Positions 26,515 through 35,407 of a stretch of DNA of 38,453 bases are shown here, in pieces. Source of the stretch: a virus. Taxonomy: Duplodnaviria; Caudoviricetes. How positions within the stretch are numbered: the stretch's first letter is position 1; each line of letters opens with the position of its first letter. The stretch is taken from IMG/VR virus record IMGVR_UViG_3300020221_000047, positions 1 through 38,453 of that record. The stretch is one strand, 5' to 3'. The notes beneath the pieces were generated by a model. That model saw nothing but the letters and a program-made list of their open reading frames with translations, was not told the origin of the DNA and made no database searches. A program made the translations under genes and the position numbers.

Positions 26515-26958
26515 ATGAACGTTTTACCCACAGAACACCGCAAAGAAGCAATTAAGTTTGTATACGAGAACTTGTTTTTGTTCACGATAACTGCTGGTAT
26601 CCTCCTCGGCATCGTCGGTATCGTAACGGCACTCATACGCATGGTATTGCTCTTCATCGCTCTCGTTTTTACAAACAATTATACGAGAGAGATACTTGTG
26701 TTCGGTACGGTCATTCTTTTCATGAAAATAGTGAAGCCATACTATTTTTTCTCTAGTTTCTGCGATTTCCGAGAAGCGAAAGAAAGGTTTTGGAACGAGG
26801 AAGGAAAAAAAGAATTGCTCGATTTTGCGAAAAAGAACAAAAAAGAAGCACTTCTGATCGTTCTCGCAACTATCGGGATGGCGATAATCTCTCTTTTGGC
26901 TCTCGCACTCGTTTTCAAAATCTTTATGTGGAATGCCGTAGAGGTATTCACGAAATAA
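26515..26958 (+). CDS. Membrane protein (about 3 TM helices)
   Basis: 147 aa with long hydrophobic stretches. Confidence 0.7.
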   Translation: MNVLPTEHRKEAIKFVYENLFLFTITAGILLGIVGIVTALIRMVLLFIALVFTNNYTREILVFGTVILFMKIVKPYYFFSSFCDFREAKERFWNEEGKKELLDFAKKNKKEALLIVLATIGMAIISLLALALVFKIFMWNAVEVFTK

Positions 26959-26970
26959 AAGGATATAGAT

Positions 26971-27011
26971 ACAAAAAACCACCATGTTCACACACAGTGG
27001 TTTTTTGTTTT
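26971..27011. terminator. Intrinsic terminator, possibly bidirectional
   Basis: acaaaaaaccac...gtggttttttgt inverted repeat with U-tract. Confidence 0.75.
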
Positions 27012-27050
27012 ATAAGGTGTGTGATATACTGTAAGTACCAAAGATAACTT

Positions 27051-27181
27051 CTTTTCATACGCCCGCAACCACGTGTATGTTCACCGTGTAGCAAGAAAAG
27101 ACGATACAGTCTGTATGCCAGACATCGTTGCGCAGGGCATATACTGCGCCACCGTGTGCTAATTTGCGGGCAGGTGAAAGG
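27051..27181 (+). ncRNA. Candidate multibranch structured RNA upstream of small terminase
   Basis: Closing stem cttttcat-ac-gcccgcaa / ttgcgggc-ag-gtgaaagg with internal hairpins; extended -10 TGaTATACT at 27022-27030. Confidence 0.5.
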
Positions 27182-27201
27182 AAATTCATCGTACACATTT
27201 T

Positions 27202-27819
27202 ATGAAAAAAAACAGAAACAAAATAAACGCAATTGCGAAAAACGGGAAGAGAATACGCAAGGACTCACTCCTATTTGCGGAGGTTGCTCACGAAATCGCA
27301 GATATGGTTCGGGAGACGGGGTCTATCTTTTCACACCAGAAGGACGGCTTCTTGAAAGTTATGCTTACTGACGGCGACGGAAAGAAGGTTCCTGTAAATA
27401 TAAAGCACTCCACTGTACAGCATTGGTCTAAAAATAATTGTATTACAAACGATACGGGGGAAAACTTTTCTGACCTTATAGCACAAGCCAGATTAGATTT
27501 TAAGGCGAAGCGACGAGAGGCGTTGCAGGACGAGATGTTGACTCTTGCGGAACTAAATCTGCACAAGGTTCTTGCTATGAAGACGAAACTTCCGGTTATT
27601 TCGGCGAATGGGAAGATGATTACGAATGAAAAAGGGAAAGAAATAAAACGCGAGGATGCGAAACTTCTCAAAATACAAGCAGATACAGCAATGTCAATAG
27701 CGGAAAGGTTTGATTCAAGGTATCAAAAAACCGAAAAAACCGAAAATAAGCACGTAGTTTTCTCACTTTCTGCACTTCGAGCCACTGTCGAAAATAAAGA
27801 GAAAACAGACGAAGAATAA
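27202..27819 (+). CDS. Putative terminase small subunit
   Basis: 205-aa basic/helical ORF immediately upstream of TerL (positional call). Confidence 0.6.
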   Translation: MKKNRNKINAIAKNGKRIRKDSLLFAEVAHEIADMVRETGSIFSHQKDGFLKVMLTDGDGKKVPVNIKHSTVQHWSKNNCITNDTGENFSDLIAQARLDFKAKRREALQDEMLTLAELNLHKVLAMKTKLPVISANGKMITNEKGKEIKREDAKLLKIQADTAMSIAERFDSRYQKTEKTENKHVVFSLSALRATVENKEKTDEE

Positions 27820-27825
27820 ACACAC

Positions 27826-29502
27826 ATGAACACAGCCGTCAATGACAACATGGAAATAATTCACAGATGGCAGAAAGACATTTTTCTTTTTTGCGAGGAT
27901 ACGATTGGGATGTCGCCTGCCATGCCGATAAAATCGTTGCGTGGGACACCAGTATCCTATAAGGACGAGTTCGGGAACGACCAGACCACCGTTCTTTTCG
28001 ATGTGGAAGGACGTTTGGTGTACCATGACCTTTCTTTTTACACGCGGGATATGTTCGAACGGCAAGACGGAAGGTTCACCGTCTTTCGTGGAACGAGATT
28101 TACGTGGCAACAAACGGTGTTTTTAGAAGCGTATAGGCGTGGGGTAAATACATTTGGAAAAGACAGTTACGACATTGCGAGGCGTTGGATTACAGTTCGT
28201 TCGGGACATGGTACGGGCAAGACCAGCACCATCGCAATCGTGTCTCTGCATTTTCTCGTCTGTTTTTTTGGCTCGCAAATTCAAATTACAGCGAACACAG
28301 AACAGCAATTAAAGGACGTATTTATGAAGGAGGTGTCAATCTGGCACATGAAACTCCCCCATTATTTGCGCGAAAACATAGAAATACTGGATGACATTAT
28401 TCGTATAAAAGGTTCTGATGACTGGTTTCTACGTGCTCGTGTCGCACGCCCAGAAAAACCCGAGTCTCTCGCAGGTATCCACGGAAAATATGTCTTACAG
28501 CTTATCGATGAGGCATCTGGTGTCCACACAAAAGTAACAGAAATCATCAAAGGTTCGCTTACCGGAGAAAATTTCATCGTCATTTACACCAGCAACCCCA
28601 CGAGAAACGAGGGGGAGTTTTTCGACTCGCACAAAGAAGGGAGCACGTTTACTCGTCTTCATTTTTCGTCGAGGGAAAGCCCTATCGTGAATAAAACGTA
28701 TATCGAGAAGATAGAAAGCGATTACGGGAAAGAGTCAGATGAAACGAAGATCCGTATTGACGGTGATTTCGCTGGTGTCGCGAGTATGGACGACAAAGGA
28801 TGGATGCCGTTGTTCGAAAACATTACATTGTCGCTAGAAGCGCAAGATTTCCAAAAAATACGCCATGGAGTCATTGGCGTAGACCCTGCAGGGAAAGGAA
28901 GAGACACAAGCGTTATCGGAATTCGAGATGCCGTGTATCTTAAAGAGGTGCTCAATGAAAAAACATCGTCCCCGAAAGACCTTGCGAGAAAAATAGAAAC
29001 CATACGGGACGCATACGGGTGCTCGACGTCTGATGTTGGCGTGGATGGGTTCGGCATTGGGTCGGAAGTCATAGCAAACATCCGCAACAGAGCCGATGAA
29101 TTGGAAGCGACACCCAAAGCAATTCTCATGGATAAACCACGAGAAAACACAGAAGATTTTCACACATACAAAAGCGAATTGGCGTGGATGTTTCGTTTGT
29201 GGGTCGCCAAAGGGGGGATCATCATCACCAACAACCAAAACGCATGGGTACGGGAACTATCAAAGATAAAATATAAACGTGACCAAAAAGGAAGAATAAT
29301 GCTTATGCCAAAGGAAACATTCAAAAAAGAACATGGATTTAGTCCTGACAGATTCGACATGGCATGTCTCACATTCTTCAAAGAGGACGGAGAACGTCCT
29401 GTTCACTTGACGAGAGAACAGTTGCAGAAAAAAGAAACAATGGAGTGGCTTGCACGTGTACAAAGAAACACCCAGAAGAATGATAATTTTAGTTCGATGT
29501 AG
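27826..29502 (+). CDS. terL: Terminase large subunit
   Basis: VRSGHGTGKT (Walker A), LIDEASG (Walker B), SNPTR, GVDPAGKGRD and SPDRFD (RNase H-like nuclease). Confidence 0.95.
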   Translation: MNTAVNDNMEIIHRWQKDIFLFCEDTIGMSPAMPIKSLRGTPVSYKDEFGNDQTTVLFDVEGRLVYHDLSFYTRDMFERQDGRFTVFRGTRFTWQQTVFLEAYRRGVNTFGKDSYDIARRWITVRSGHGTGKTSTIAIVSLHFLVCFFGSQIQITANTEQQLKDVFMKEVSIWHMKLPHYLRENIEILDDIIRIKGSDDWFLRARVARPEKPESLAGIHGKYVLQLIDEASGVHTKVTEIIKGSLTGENFIVIYTSNPTRNEGEFFDSHKEGSTFTRLHFSSRESPIVNKTYIEKIESDYGKESDETKIRIDGDFAGVASMDDKGWMPLFENITLSLEAQDFQKIRHGVIGVDPAGKGRDTSVIGIRDAVYLKEVLNEKTSSPKDLARKIETIRDAYGCSTSDVGVDGFGIGSEVIANIRNRADELEATPKAILMDKPRENTEDFHTYKSELAWMFRLWVAKGGIIITNNQNAWVRELSKIKYKRDQKGRIMLMPKETFKKEHGFSPDRFDMACLTFFKEDGERPVHLTREQLQKKETMEWLARVQRNTQKNDNFSSM

Positions 29503-29610
29503 AAACACAAAAGCCCCATAAAACTGTTGGAAAAATGGGGCTTCCGTGCAAAGAGAATAGTTTCTCTTCTTCCTTTTATGGTATCACAACATAAAAAGAA
29601 TGCAAGGAGG

Positions 29611-29659
29611 TTATCCACAGGTGGTATATACTTGCACTTTCTTTCACACCTACTATAAT
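29611..29659 (+). promoter_or_regulatory. DnaA box plus sigma70-like promoter
   Basis: TTATCCACA 29611-29619; TTGCAC 29632-29637; TATAAT 29654-29659. Confidence 0.6.
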
Positions 29660-30028
29660 AATCACAGTACAAATGCGAGTCCAACTCGGGAGTATGACTG
29701 TAAAACTACCTTCCGCAAAACACAAGGAGCATTCAGGTATTCGTGCGAAATCACGGGAAAACTGTTGTAAACTCAGTCCGTGACTTGGAACGAGTGTCGG
29801 AATGTTCTAAAGGAGAAAAAAGAGAAGCGAGATGTCGCGACGTACTTCTATCTTCATAGCACATATACACTAAATCGTCTGACTGTAATAGATACTTTTA
29901 TCCCTTTCACTACGATTGCTTCAGGAATATCTCTTTCCTAAGGTAAAAGTTTAGAGTTTATCTAAGTATTAGTGAAAGGAATAAAGATATTTATTCGTAA
30001 CGAGCGCAAAAACTTTTTTTTATTTTTT

Positions 30029-31993
30029 ATGCAAAAAAAGGAAACACAAAAAACACTCATAGACGTATACGGCTCCGAAGAAGAAGCACAATACGCCCAA
30101 ACACTCATTCAGCAAATAGACGACGACCTTCAAAAAAGAGAACAGTCTTCGCTTGTTTTTAATGGGCTTCCCTATACAACCGCATACGAATACAACATAA
30201 AGAAGTCCATAAACTACGCACCACCTAAAACGAAAGAAGACAGGGAGGTGTCTATTGGTCTTGTCCATGAAAAGATTATTGGCTTTGCCGCAATGTTCTT
30301 GAAGTACGGCTTTAAGCGTGTCGTTAAATGCTACGAAGATGGAAAAATTGTAAACGGCATGGGAAAGATATACGAACTAGGCATAGAACATTCTCTCAAG
30401 GCTGAAGAATTTGATAGGAAGATAGCCCTTATTTTCTGGGAGGTCTTTTCGCAAGGTAACGCATTTGTGTTTGAGGACTGGGAAGTAAAGACATTTAAAA
30501 ACAAGAAAGCATTCCGTGTCGATCCGAAAACGAAGAAAAAAGAACTAGTTACACCAAGCAACATGGATTATTCGTTGGAGTTTTTGGAAGGACTTACATA
30601 CCAAGAAGGCGAAATGTCGCAACATAGGATGGCGGTATCACGTCTTCTTGATGGCCGTTCCGTCATCTTTGGCAATCCAGAGATAACTGACGTGCAAGAC
30701 CAGCCACGCATTACACTTGAGTTTGAATACAGCAAGGCTGACGCAAAAAAGATTTTTGGCACACTTTCTCGTTTTAAAAGTGTGCCCACAACGACAGAAG
30801 ACATCACGACAATCGTAGGAGAGAAAGTAACGCTCTTTGACGTAAGCCGTCTAGAAAAGCCAGAAGAAACGTATATTGCGCACCTTACACTCAACAAAGA
30901 AGAAAATACGTTTAACTGGTTCCTCAATGGCGTCATGTTGTTGCCCTCAAACACGTCCATGACGCTGTTTTATCCTAGGGGGAACTACCCACTATCAAAT
31001 ATACCCGCAGAACGTCTCACAGGGTCAATTTACGCCCGTTCCGTGCCAGCAAAAACGAAGTTCAATGCAGATTTCTTAGACTGGTCGCTCAAAATGCTCG
31101 CAAACAAGTTCCAACAAGGTATAGAGCCTGCAATTCTTACAAACGGGAAATACACACTGACCAGAGACATTTTCAAAGGCGGGCAAGTAACCCATGGTGT
31201 AAAACGAGAACACTATGAGAAAGCCGACCCCGACAACAGAGGAATTACACAATCGGAGTTTTCTTTTGTCCAATCTCTCAAAGAAATTGTAGAAAGCCAG
31301 ACACTAAACTCCACAAGTACGGGCGAGTTGTCAAGTGGTAATACCGCATTTGAGATTGCCAAAGTAGACCAAGCACAATTAGAAAAACTTGGGTATCTTC
31401 TTGACGGTATCGTATACGGTTTTCACCAAATGGCGTTGCGGAGAGCAGAGACGATAGAGAGCAAGTACACCACGCAAAGAGATGTAACCATTGTAGACGG
31501 AAAGGAAATACCTATGTATCAAAACTTCTCGGTAAACCTTGGTGGTGTGGAACACGTAGTAGACTTTGATAGCAAAGTCGGGTCTGAAACATACGACGTG
31601 GAGGGTAAAAGAAACGAACTTTTTAAGAGAGCGTTTGACGACAGGAAGAGTGGTCATCCAACAAAATACTTTCTTGCAAATCCAGAAGAAATACGCAAAG
31701 GAAAAACGTATATCACAGTGGACATATATCCAGAGCGTATCAAGGATAGCCAATTACGCCTTATCGAAATGTGGAATGACTTCAAACAGCGTTTGGCATT
31801 CTTCGGGCAAGACAACAACATAGAAGAAATGAAAAAAGAATACATTGAGACTTCCGGTAAGCCAGACACAATCTTCACATCAGGGACAGAGAAAAAAATA
31901 AACTCTATGCTTGGGCAAGAGGCAGGGACGGACATGGGTACACTAGGTAAACCAACCGTTAAAACAGCGCAAGCGCAACCACACACACTATGA
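30029..31993 (+). CDS. Portal protein
   Basis: ~650-aa ORF after TerL; IYARSVP and TAFEI motifs resemble podovirus-type portals; ATG at 30029 preferred over 29972. Confidence 0.75.
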   Translation: MQKKETQKTLIDVYGSEEEAQYAQTLIQQIDDDLQKREQSSLVFNGLPYTTAYEYNIKKSINYAPPKTKEDREVSIGLVHEKIIGFAAMFLKYGFKRVVKCYEDGKIVNGMGKIYELGIEHSLKAEEFDRKIALIFWEVFSQGNAFVFEDWEVKTFKNKKAFRVDPKTKKKELVTPSNMDYSLEFLEGLTYQEGEMSQHRMAVSRLLDGRSVIFGNPEITDVQDQPRITLEFEYSKADAKKIFGTLSRFKSVPTTTEDITTIVGEKVTLFDVSRLEKPEETYIAHLTLNKEENTFNWFLNGVMLLPSNTSMTLFYPRGNYPLSNIPAERLTGSIYARSVPAKTKFNADFLDWSLKMLANKFQQGIEPAILTNGKYTLTRDIFKGGQVTHGVKREHYEKADPDNRGITQSEFSFVQSLKEIVESQTLNSTSTGELSSGNTAFEIAKVDQAQLEKLGYLLDGIVYGFHQMALRRAETIESKYTTQRDVTIVDGKEIPMYQNFSVNLGGVEHVVDFDSKVGSETYDVEGKRNELFKRAFDDRKSGHPTKYFLANPEEIRKGKTYITVDIYPERIKDSQLRLIEMWNDFKQRLAFFGQDNNIEEMKKEYIETSGKPDTIFTSGTEKKINSMLGQEAGTDMGTLGKPTVKTAQAQPHTL

Positions 31994-32316
31994 GTACACT
32001 ATCCGATTACCTTTTAAAGCGAGAATTAGTATTGAAGCCGTCTCACGTAGACGCCGATGATATTTTGGATGAAGATACACTTCTTACATCGGTATCCGAC
32101 GTATGGATTTCACACCGTGAAATTATTACGAAAGTGATACAGCAACGTGTCAATGCAATAGCGAAACATCTCGTCAACGAAGCGATACCAGAAGAAGTGA
32201 TAGTGTTACGGCAGTCTTTGGTAGAGTTATCTGCGATACTTGACGATTTTCAGAGATACGCAGATGAAAAAGAACGGCGCACAAAGAAAGAAGGCGTGCA
32301 ACAATCAAGTTTATAA
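31990..32316 (+). CDS. Hypothetical head-module protein
   Basis: 108-aa helical ORF overlapping the portal stop (ATGA). Confidence 0.7.
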   Translation: MSTLSDYLLKRELVLKPSHVDADDILDEDTLLTSVSDVWISHREIITKVIQQRVNAIAKHLVNEAIPEEVIVLRQSLVELSAILDDFQRYADEKERRTKKEGVQQSSL

Positions 32317-32340
32317 GTTATTCATAATCATTATATCCAT

Positions 32341-33114
32341 ATGGAAGAACAACCAATTGTTCCTGCAGAGGAACGCAATCCTTTTGGTGAGACAATCACA
32401 AAAGAAACAAACGTAGAAGAAGTCAAGACAGAAGAGCCAAAGAAGGAGTATACTCCTATTCCGGAAGACCATCCTGTCATTGTGTCCCTGAAAAAGGACA
32501 TTGACACCGTAAAAAACACGTACGGCAACAATCTTTCGGGGCAACGAAAGATTATTGACGAGTTGAATGCAACGATTAAATCACTCAAAGAAGGAAAGAA
32601 AGAGGAAGTAGAGGAAGGTCTTTACAAGAAAGAAGACATAATGTGGAGCAAAGATCTCACAAAAGAAGAAAGGGATAACATGACAGACAATGAAATCCGC
32701 CAAATGGACGAAATTGCCTCAATGAAAGTAGCCCAAAACAAAATGTTTAAGGACATGAAGAACGAAGTAAAAGTTCTTACTCCCGAACCACTTGATATAA
32801 ACAAGATTGTTCGTGAAAAAGCACTTGAATTATCCAAGAAAGATGAGATTGAAGACGAAATTGTTGCGAATAAAATCATAGAGTCATACAACAACCTCAA
32901 GTTCGACACCACGGGGCTTTCGGCACAAGATGTCATACAACGTGTTGTATTGTCCGCAAAAAGCGTACCAGAATACACTCCTGCTAAAGAGAATAGTGTA
33001 GTAACACCAAGTTCTCCCGTGAAGAACGAAACAGACAAAAAAGACCCATTTGGTGTCGACAAAATTGTTGAGGAAACACACAGCAAGGGAAGTATTGGCG
33101 TAACCGCGCTTTAA
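32341..33114 (+). CDS. Putative capsid scaffolding protein
   Basis: Acidic, charged, helical 257-aa ORF between portal and capsid genes. Confidence 0.55.
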   Translation: MEEQPIVPAEERNPFGETITKETNVEEVKTEEPKKEYTPIPEDHPVIVSLKKDIDTVKNTYGNNLSGQRKIIDELNATIKSLKEGKKEEVEEGLYKKEDIMWSKDLTKEERDNMTDNEIRQMDEIASMKVAQNKMFKDMKNEVKVLTPEPLDINKIVREKALELSKKDEIEDEIVANKIIESYNNLKFDTTGLSAQDVIQRVVLSAKSVPEYTPAKENSVVTPSSPVKNETDKKDPFGVDKIVEETHSKGSIGVTAL

Positions 33115-33138
33115 TTTATTCATTTATCCTTTATCTTT

Positions 33139-33762
33139 ATGAAAACAAAAAACGCACCTGAATTAGTTCCAGTAAGCGATACTGACATTGCTTCCGATGA
33201 AATAGAAAAAGATACGATAGACCCCGTGCAATCAATTTCTGAACGGCTGTCGAGCAAAGCAAGTGATATAAAAGAAACGGGAGTAAAAGAACAAGAGACA
33301 AAAGGGTTTGACGTAACGAGTCTTTCTCCTGAACAAATCCGTCAACTTCGTGCGGTACTCGCAAGTACTCCTGATCGCATAGACAAAAAAGATGCGCAAC
33401 CAATCATGACACTGCGCCGTGTAGATGGTAAATATATCGTTGAACACAAGAACGCAGTGCTCCGTCTCGTGCAAGATAGCGAACAAAAACGTGATGTACA
33501 ACGGCACTTTATGAAGATACGTTTTGACGGCGAAGAAGACTTTGTGGAAGTTCCTCTTGACGAGTTTATGATGTACGAACGTGTGCGTTGTACGTGTACG
33601 GACATAAAAACCGACGTAAAAGAGAGCCATATAGGCGAAACGATGAGCAAAGAAACAGGAAGAATGGTAGAAATGGTAGCGAAAAACACAATCTATTCAT
33701 TGACGCTTCTTACACCTGAGGGCAAAACAATAGTGGTGAACGGAGATAATGTAAACAAATAA
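33139..33762 (+). CDS. Hypothetical protein
   Basis: 207-aa co-oriented ORF. Confidence 0.7.
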   Translation: MKTKNAPELVPVSDTDIASDEIEKDTIDPVQSISERLSSKASDIKETGVKEQETKGFDVTSLSPEQIRQLRAVLASTPDRIDKKDAQPIMTLRRVDGKYIVEHKNAVLRLVQDSEQKRDVQRHFMKIRFDGEEDFVEVPLDEFMMYERVRCTCTDIKTDVKESHIGETMSKETGRMVEMVAKNTIYSLTLLTPEGKTIVVNGDNVNK

Positions 33763-33764
33763 TT

Positions 33765-34277
33765 ATGGACGAGAAACGACGAACAGAGATATATGCCATA
33801 GTGTCTCATTTTCAAAAAACACCTAACCCAGAACAAAAGGTTATAGACGCATACTGCACCCGCATGAAGTATGAGACGATTATTGCTGGAGAACTGCAAG
33901 ACTATGCTGTACAAGTGGCGTATGATAATCTCATAGCGACACTTATTCCAGAGATAGTCAAGATACTTTCATCCATAAAACACGCACCAGAGTTTGCCCC
34001 AGAACACGTGCGAAAGAATGTCGCTGAAAACAACGAGCGTGTTCGTATAGAAATAATCGCCTTGTTTGAAAAACATGCGATAGAATACGTCCACCTAGAA
34101 CTTGTCCGTGAAGAACTGAAAAATGTTTTTTCAAGTGTGATAGGCATAGCGGCGCAAACATGCTCAAATAAATCCTTGGAAGCGATACTGGACATTGCAA
34201 AGAAAAAGTTTGGGGGACATATCACCACACAAGATGTTGCGGGATACTTTGACTCCGTACTTAAAAAAAAGAAGTAA
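33765..34277 (+). CDS. Hypothetical protein
   Basis: 170-aa co-oriented ORF. Confidence 0.7.
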   Translation: MDEKRRTEIYAIVSHFQKTPNPEQKVIDAYCTRMKYETIIAGELQDYAVQVAYDNLIATLIPEIVKILSSIKHAPEFAPEHVRKNVAENNERVRIEIIALFEKHAIEYVHLELVREELKNVFSSVIGIAAQTCSNKSLEAILDIAKKKFGGHITTQDVAGYFDSVLKKKK

Positions 34278-34314
34278 TCCACAGGTTGCATTGTGGCAAC
34301 AATCGATGTATAGT
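34275..34314 (+). promoter_or_regulatory. DnaA-box-like motif plus sigma70-like promoter
   Basis: TAATCCACA 34275-34283; TTGCAT 34286-34291; 17-bp spacer; TATAGT 34309-34314. Confidence 0.65.
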
Positions 34315-34320
34315 TAAAAA

Positions 34321-34550
34321 GTCAGGTAATGAGACAGTGTGAGACTGGCGAAAGCAGTAATCCTCATTATCCTCCTTGACAATTTGCCCACGAAAAGAAA
34401 TGAGCAATCATGGGTCATCTTTTCAACCTCTAAACAGTCCGAGATTGCACCTCGGTCATACCCTTACGGGGAGATAGCAGGAGGCACATTCATTCGATTG
34501 TGTTCTCTTGTTGCAAAAAACAAAACACGCCGAATGACGGCGTGTTTTTG
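34321..34550 (+). ncRNA. Candidate ~230-nt structured RNA/leader upstream of the capsid operon
   Basis: Consecutive hairpins with GAAA and GCAA tetraloops and a possible pseudoknot, bounded by a promoter and a terminator. Confidence 0.55.
34522..34550 (+). terminator. Intrinsic terminator/attenuator
   Basis: aaaacacgccg-aatga-cggcgtgttttt. Confidence 0.75.
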
Positions 34551-34581
34551 CATGTCGATTATTATTAAACAATTTTTCGTT

Positions 34582-35379
34582 ATGATTAAGCATTCTAGCG
34601 ATACGGAAGTCAAGATACTTCCCTATACTGCTCCCGCTTCCACTGCGTTTGACTTTAACGACGTTGTGTGTCTTAACACAAGCGGCCAATTGGCAAAAGC
34701 AACGAGCGAGACACCTTGTTCGGAAATCATAGGGCTTATCCAGTGTGATATTCTCTCTACTGATGCCAATTATGCGTCTACAAAGACAGTTCCTGTCTTG
34801 GTAGCAACGGAAGTCGATGAGTTTGACGCAGACGTTTCAACGGGAACAGCAGTATCAACAATGGTCGGTAAACGTGTCGATCTTGATGATGAAGATAGTG
34901 TCAATGTAAACGGAGCAACACAAAAAGTGTTCGGGATTACAAAGATTATCTCCACGTCAAAGGTGCGCGGTAAGTTTGTGAATTCAGGAGACAAAATGCG
35001 TCTCGTGTCATATCAGGAAACTATCACCCGTGCATCATTCACTGATGGCGGTTCGACAGCGGGAACCTATGACCTCAAAACGTCAATTCCCGCAGGTGCC
35101 GTGTTTGAACGCTCACTTGTTAGTGGTGTTACTGGTTTTATTGGAGATACAAGTGCTGTCCTCACTATTGGAGACGGAACTAATGTAGACCGTTATAACA
35201 CGGGAACACCGTCAGTATTTACAACCGCAGCCGCTGGCGTAGACGCAGGTATTCCCTCGGGAACACTCTTCCATTCCGCAACCAAGACTCCGAGGTTGAC
35301 CGTTACATCTGATTCTGACTTCACAGCAGTATCAGCAGGAGCCCTCACGGTAACACTCTTCTGGTACGAAGCAGAGTAA
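34582..35379 (+). CDS. Putative capsid decoration/cement protein
   Basis: Start at MIKHSSD (34582); beta-rich two-part protein (IPAGAV motif in the second half) directly before the MCP. Confidence 0.55.
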   Translation: MIKHSSDTEVKILPYTAPASTAFDFNDVVCLNTSGQLAKATSETPCSEIIGLIQCDILSTDANYASTKTVPVLVATEVDEFDADVSTGTAVSTMVGKRVDLDDEDSVNVNGATQKVFGITKIISTSKVRGKFVNSGDKMRLVSYQETITRASFTDGGSTAGTYDLKTSIPAGAVFERSLVSGVTGFIGDTSAVLTIGDGTNVDRYNTGTPSVFTTAAAGVDAGIPSGTLFHSATKTPRLTVTSDSDFTAVSAGALTVTLFWYEAE

Positions 35380-35407
35380 TTTATTCATTTAATCAACCAT
35401 ACTATCT

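Noticed and set aside
34339-34581. N-terminal 81 aa of the 346-aa ORF
   Set aside because: Overlaps a structured region and terminator; composition is unlike the rest; ATG 34582 is the better start.
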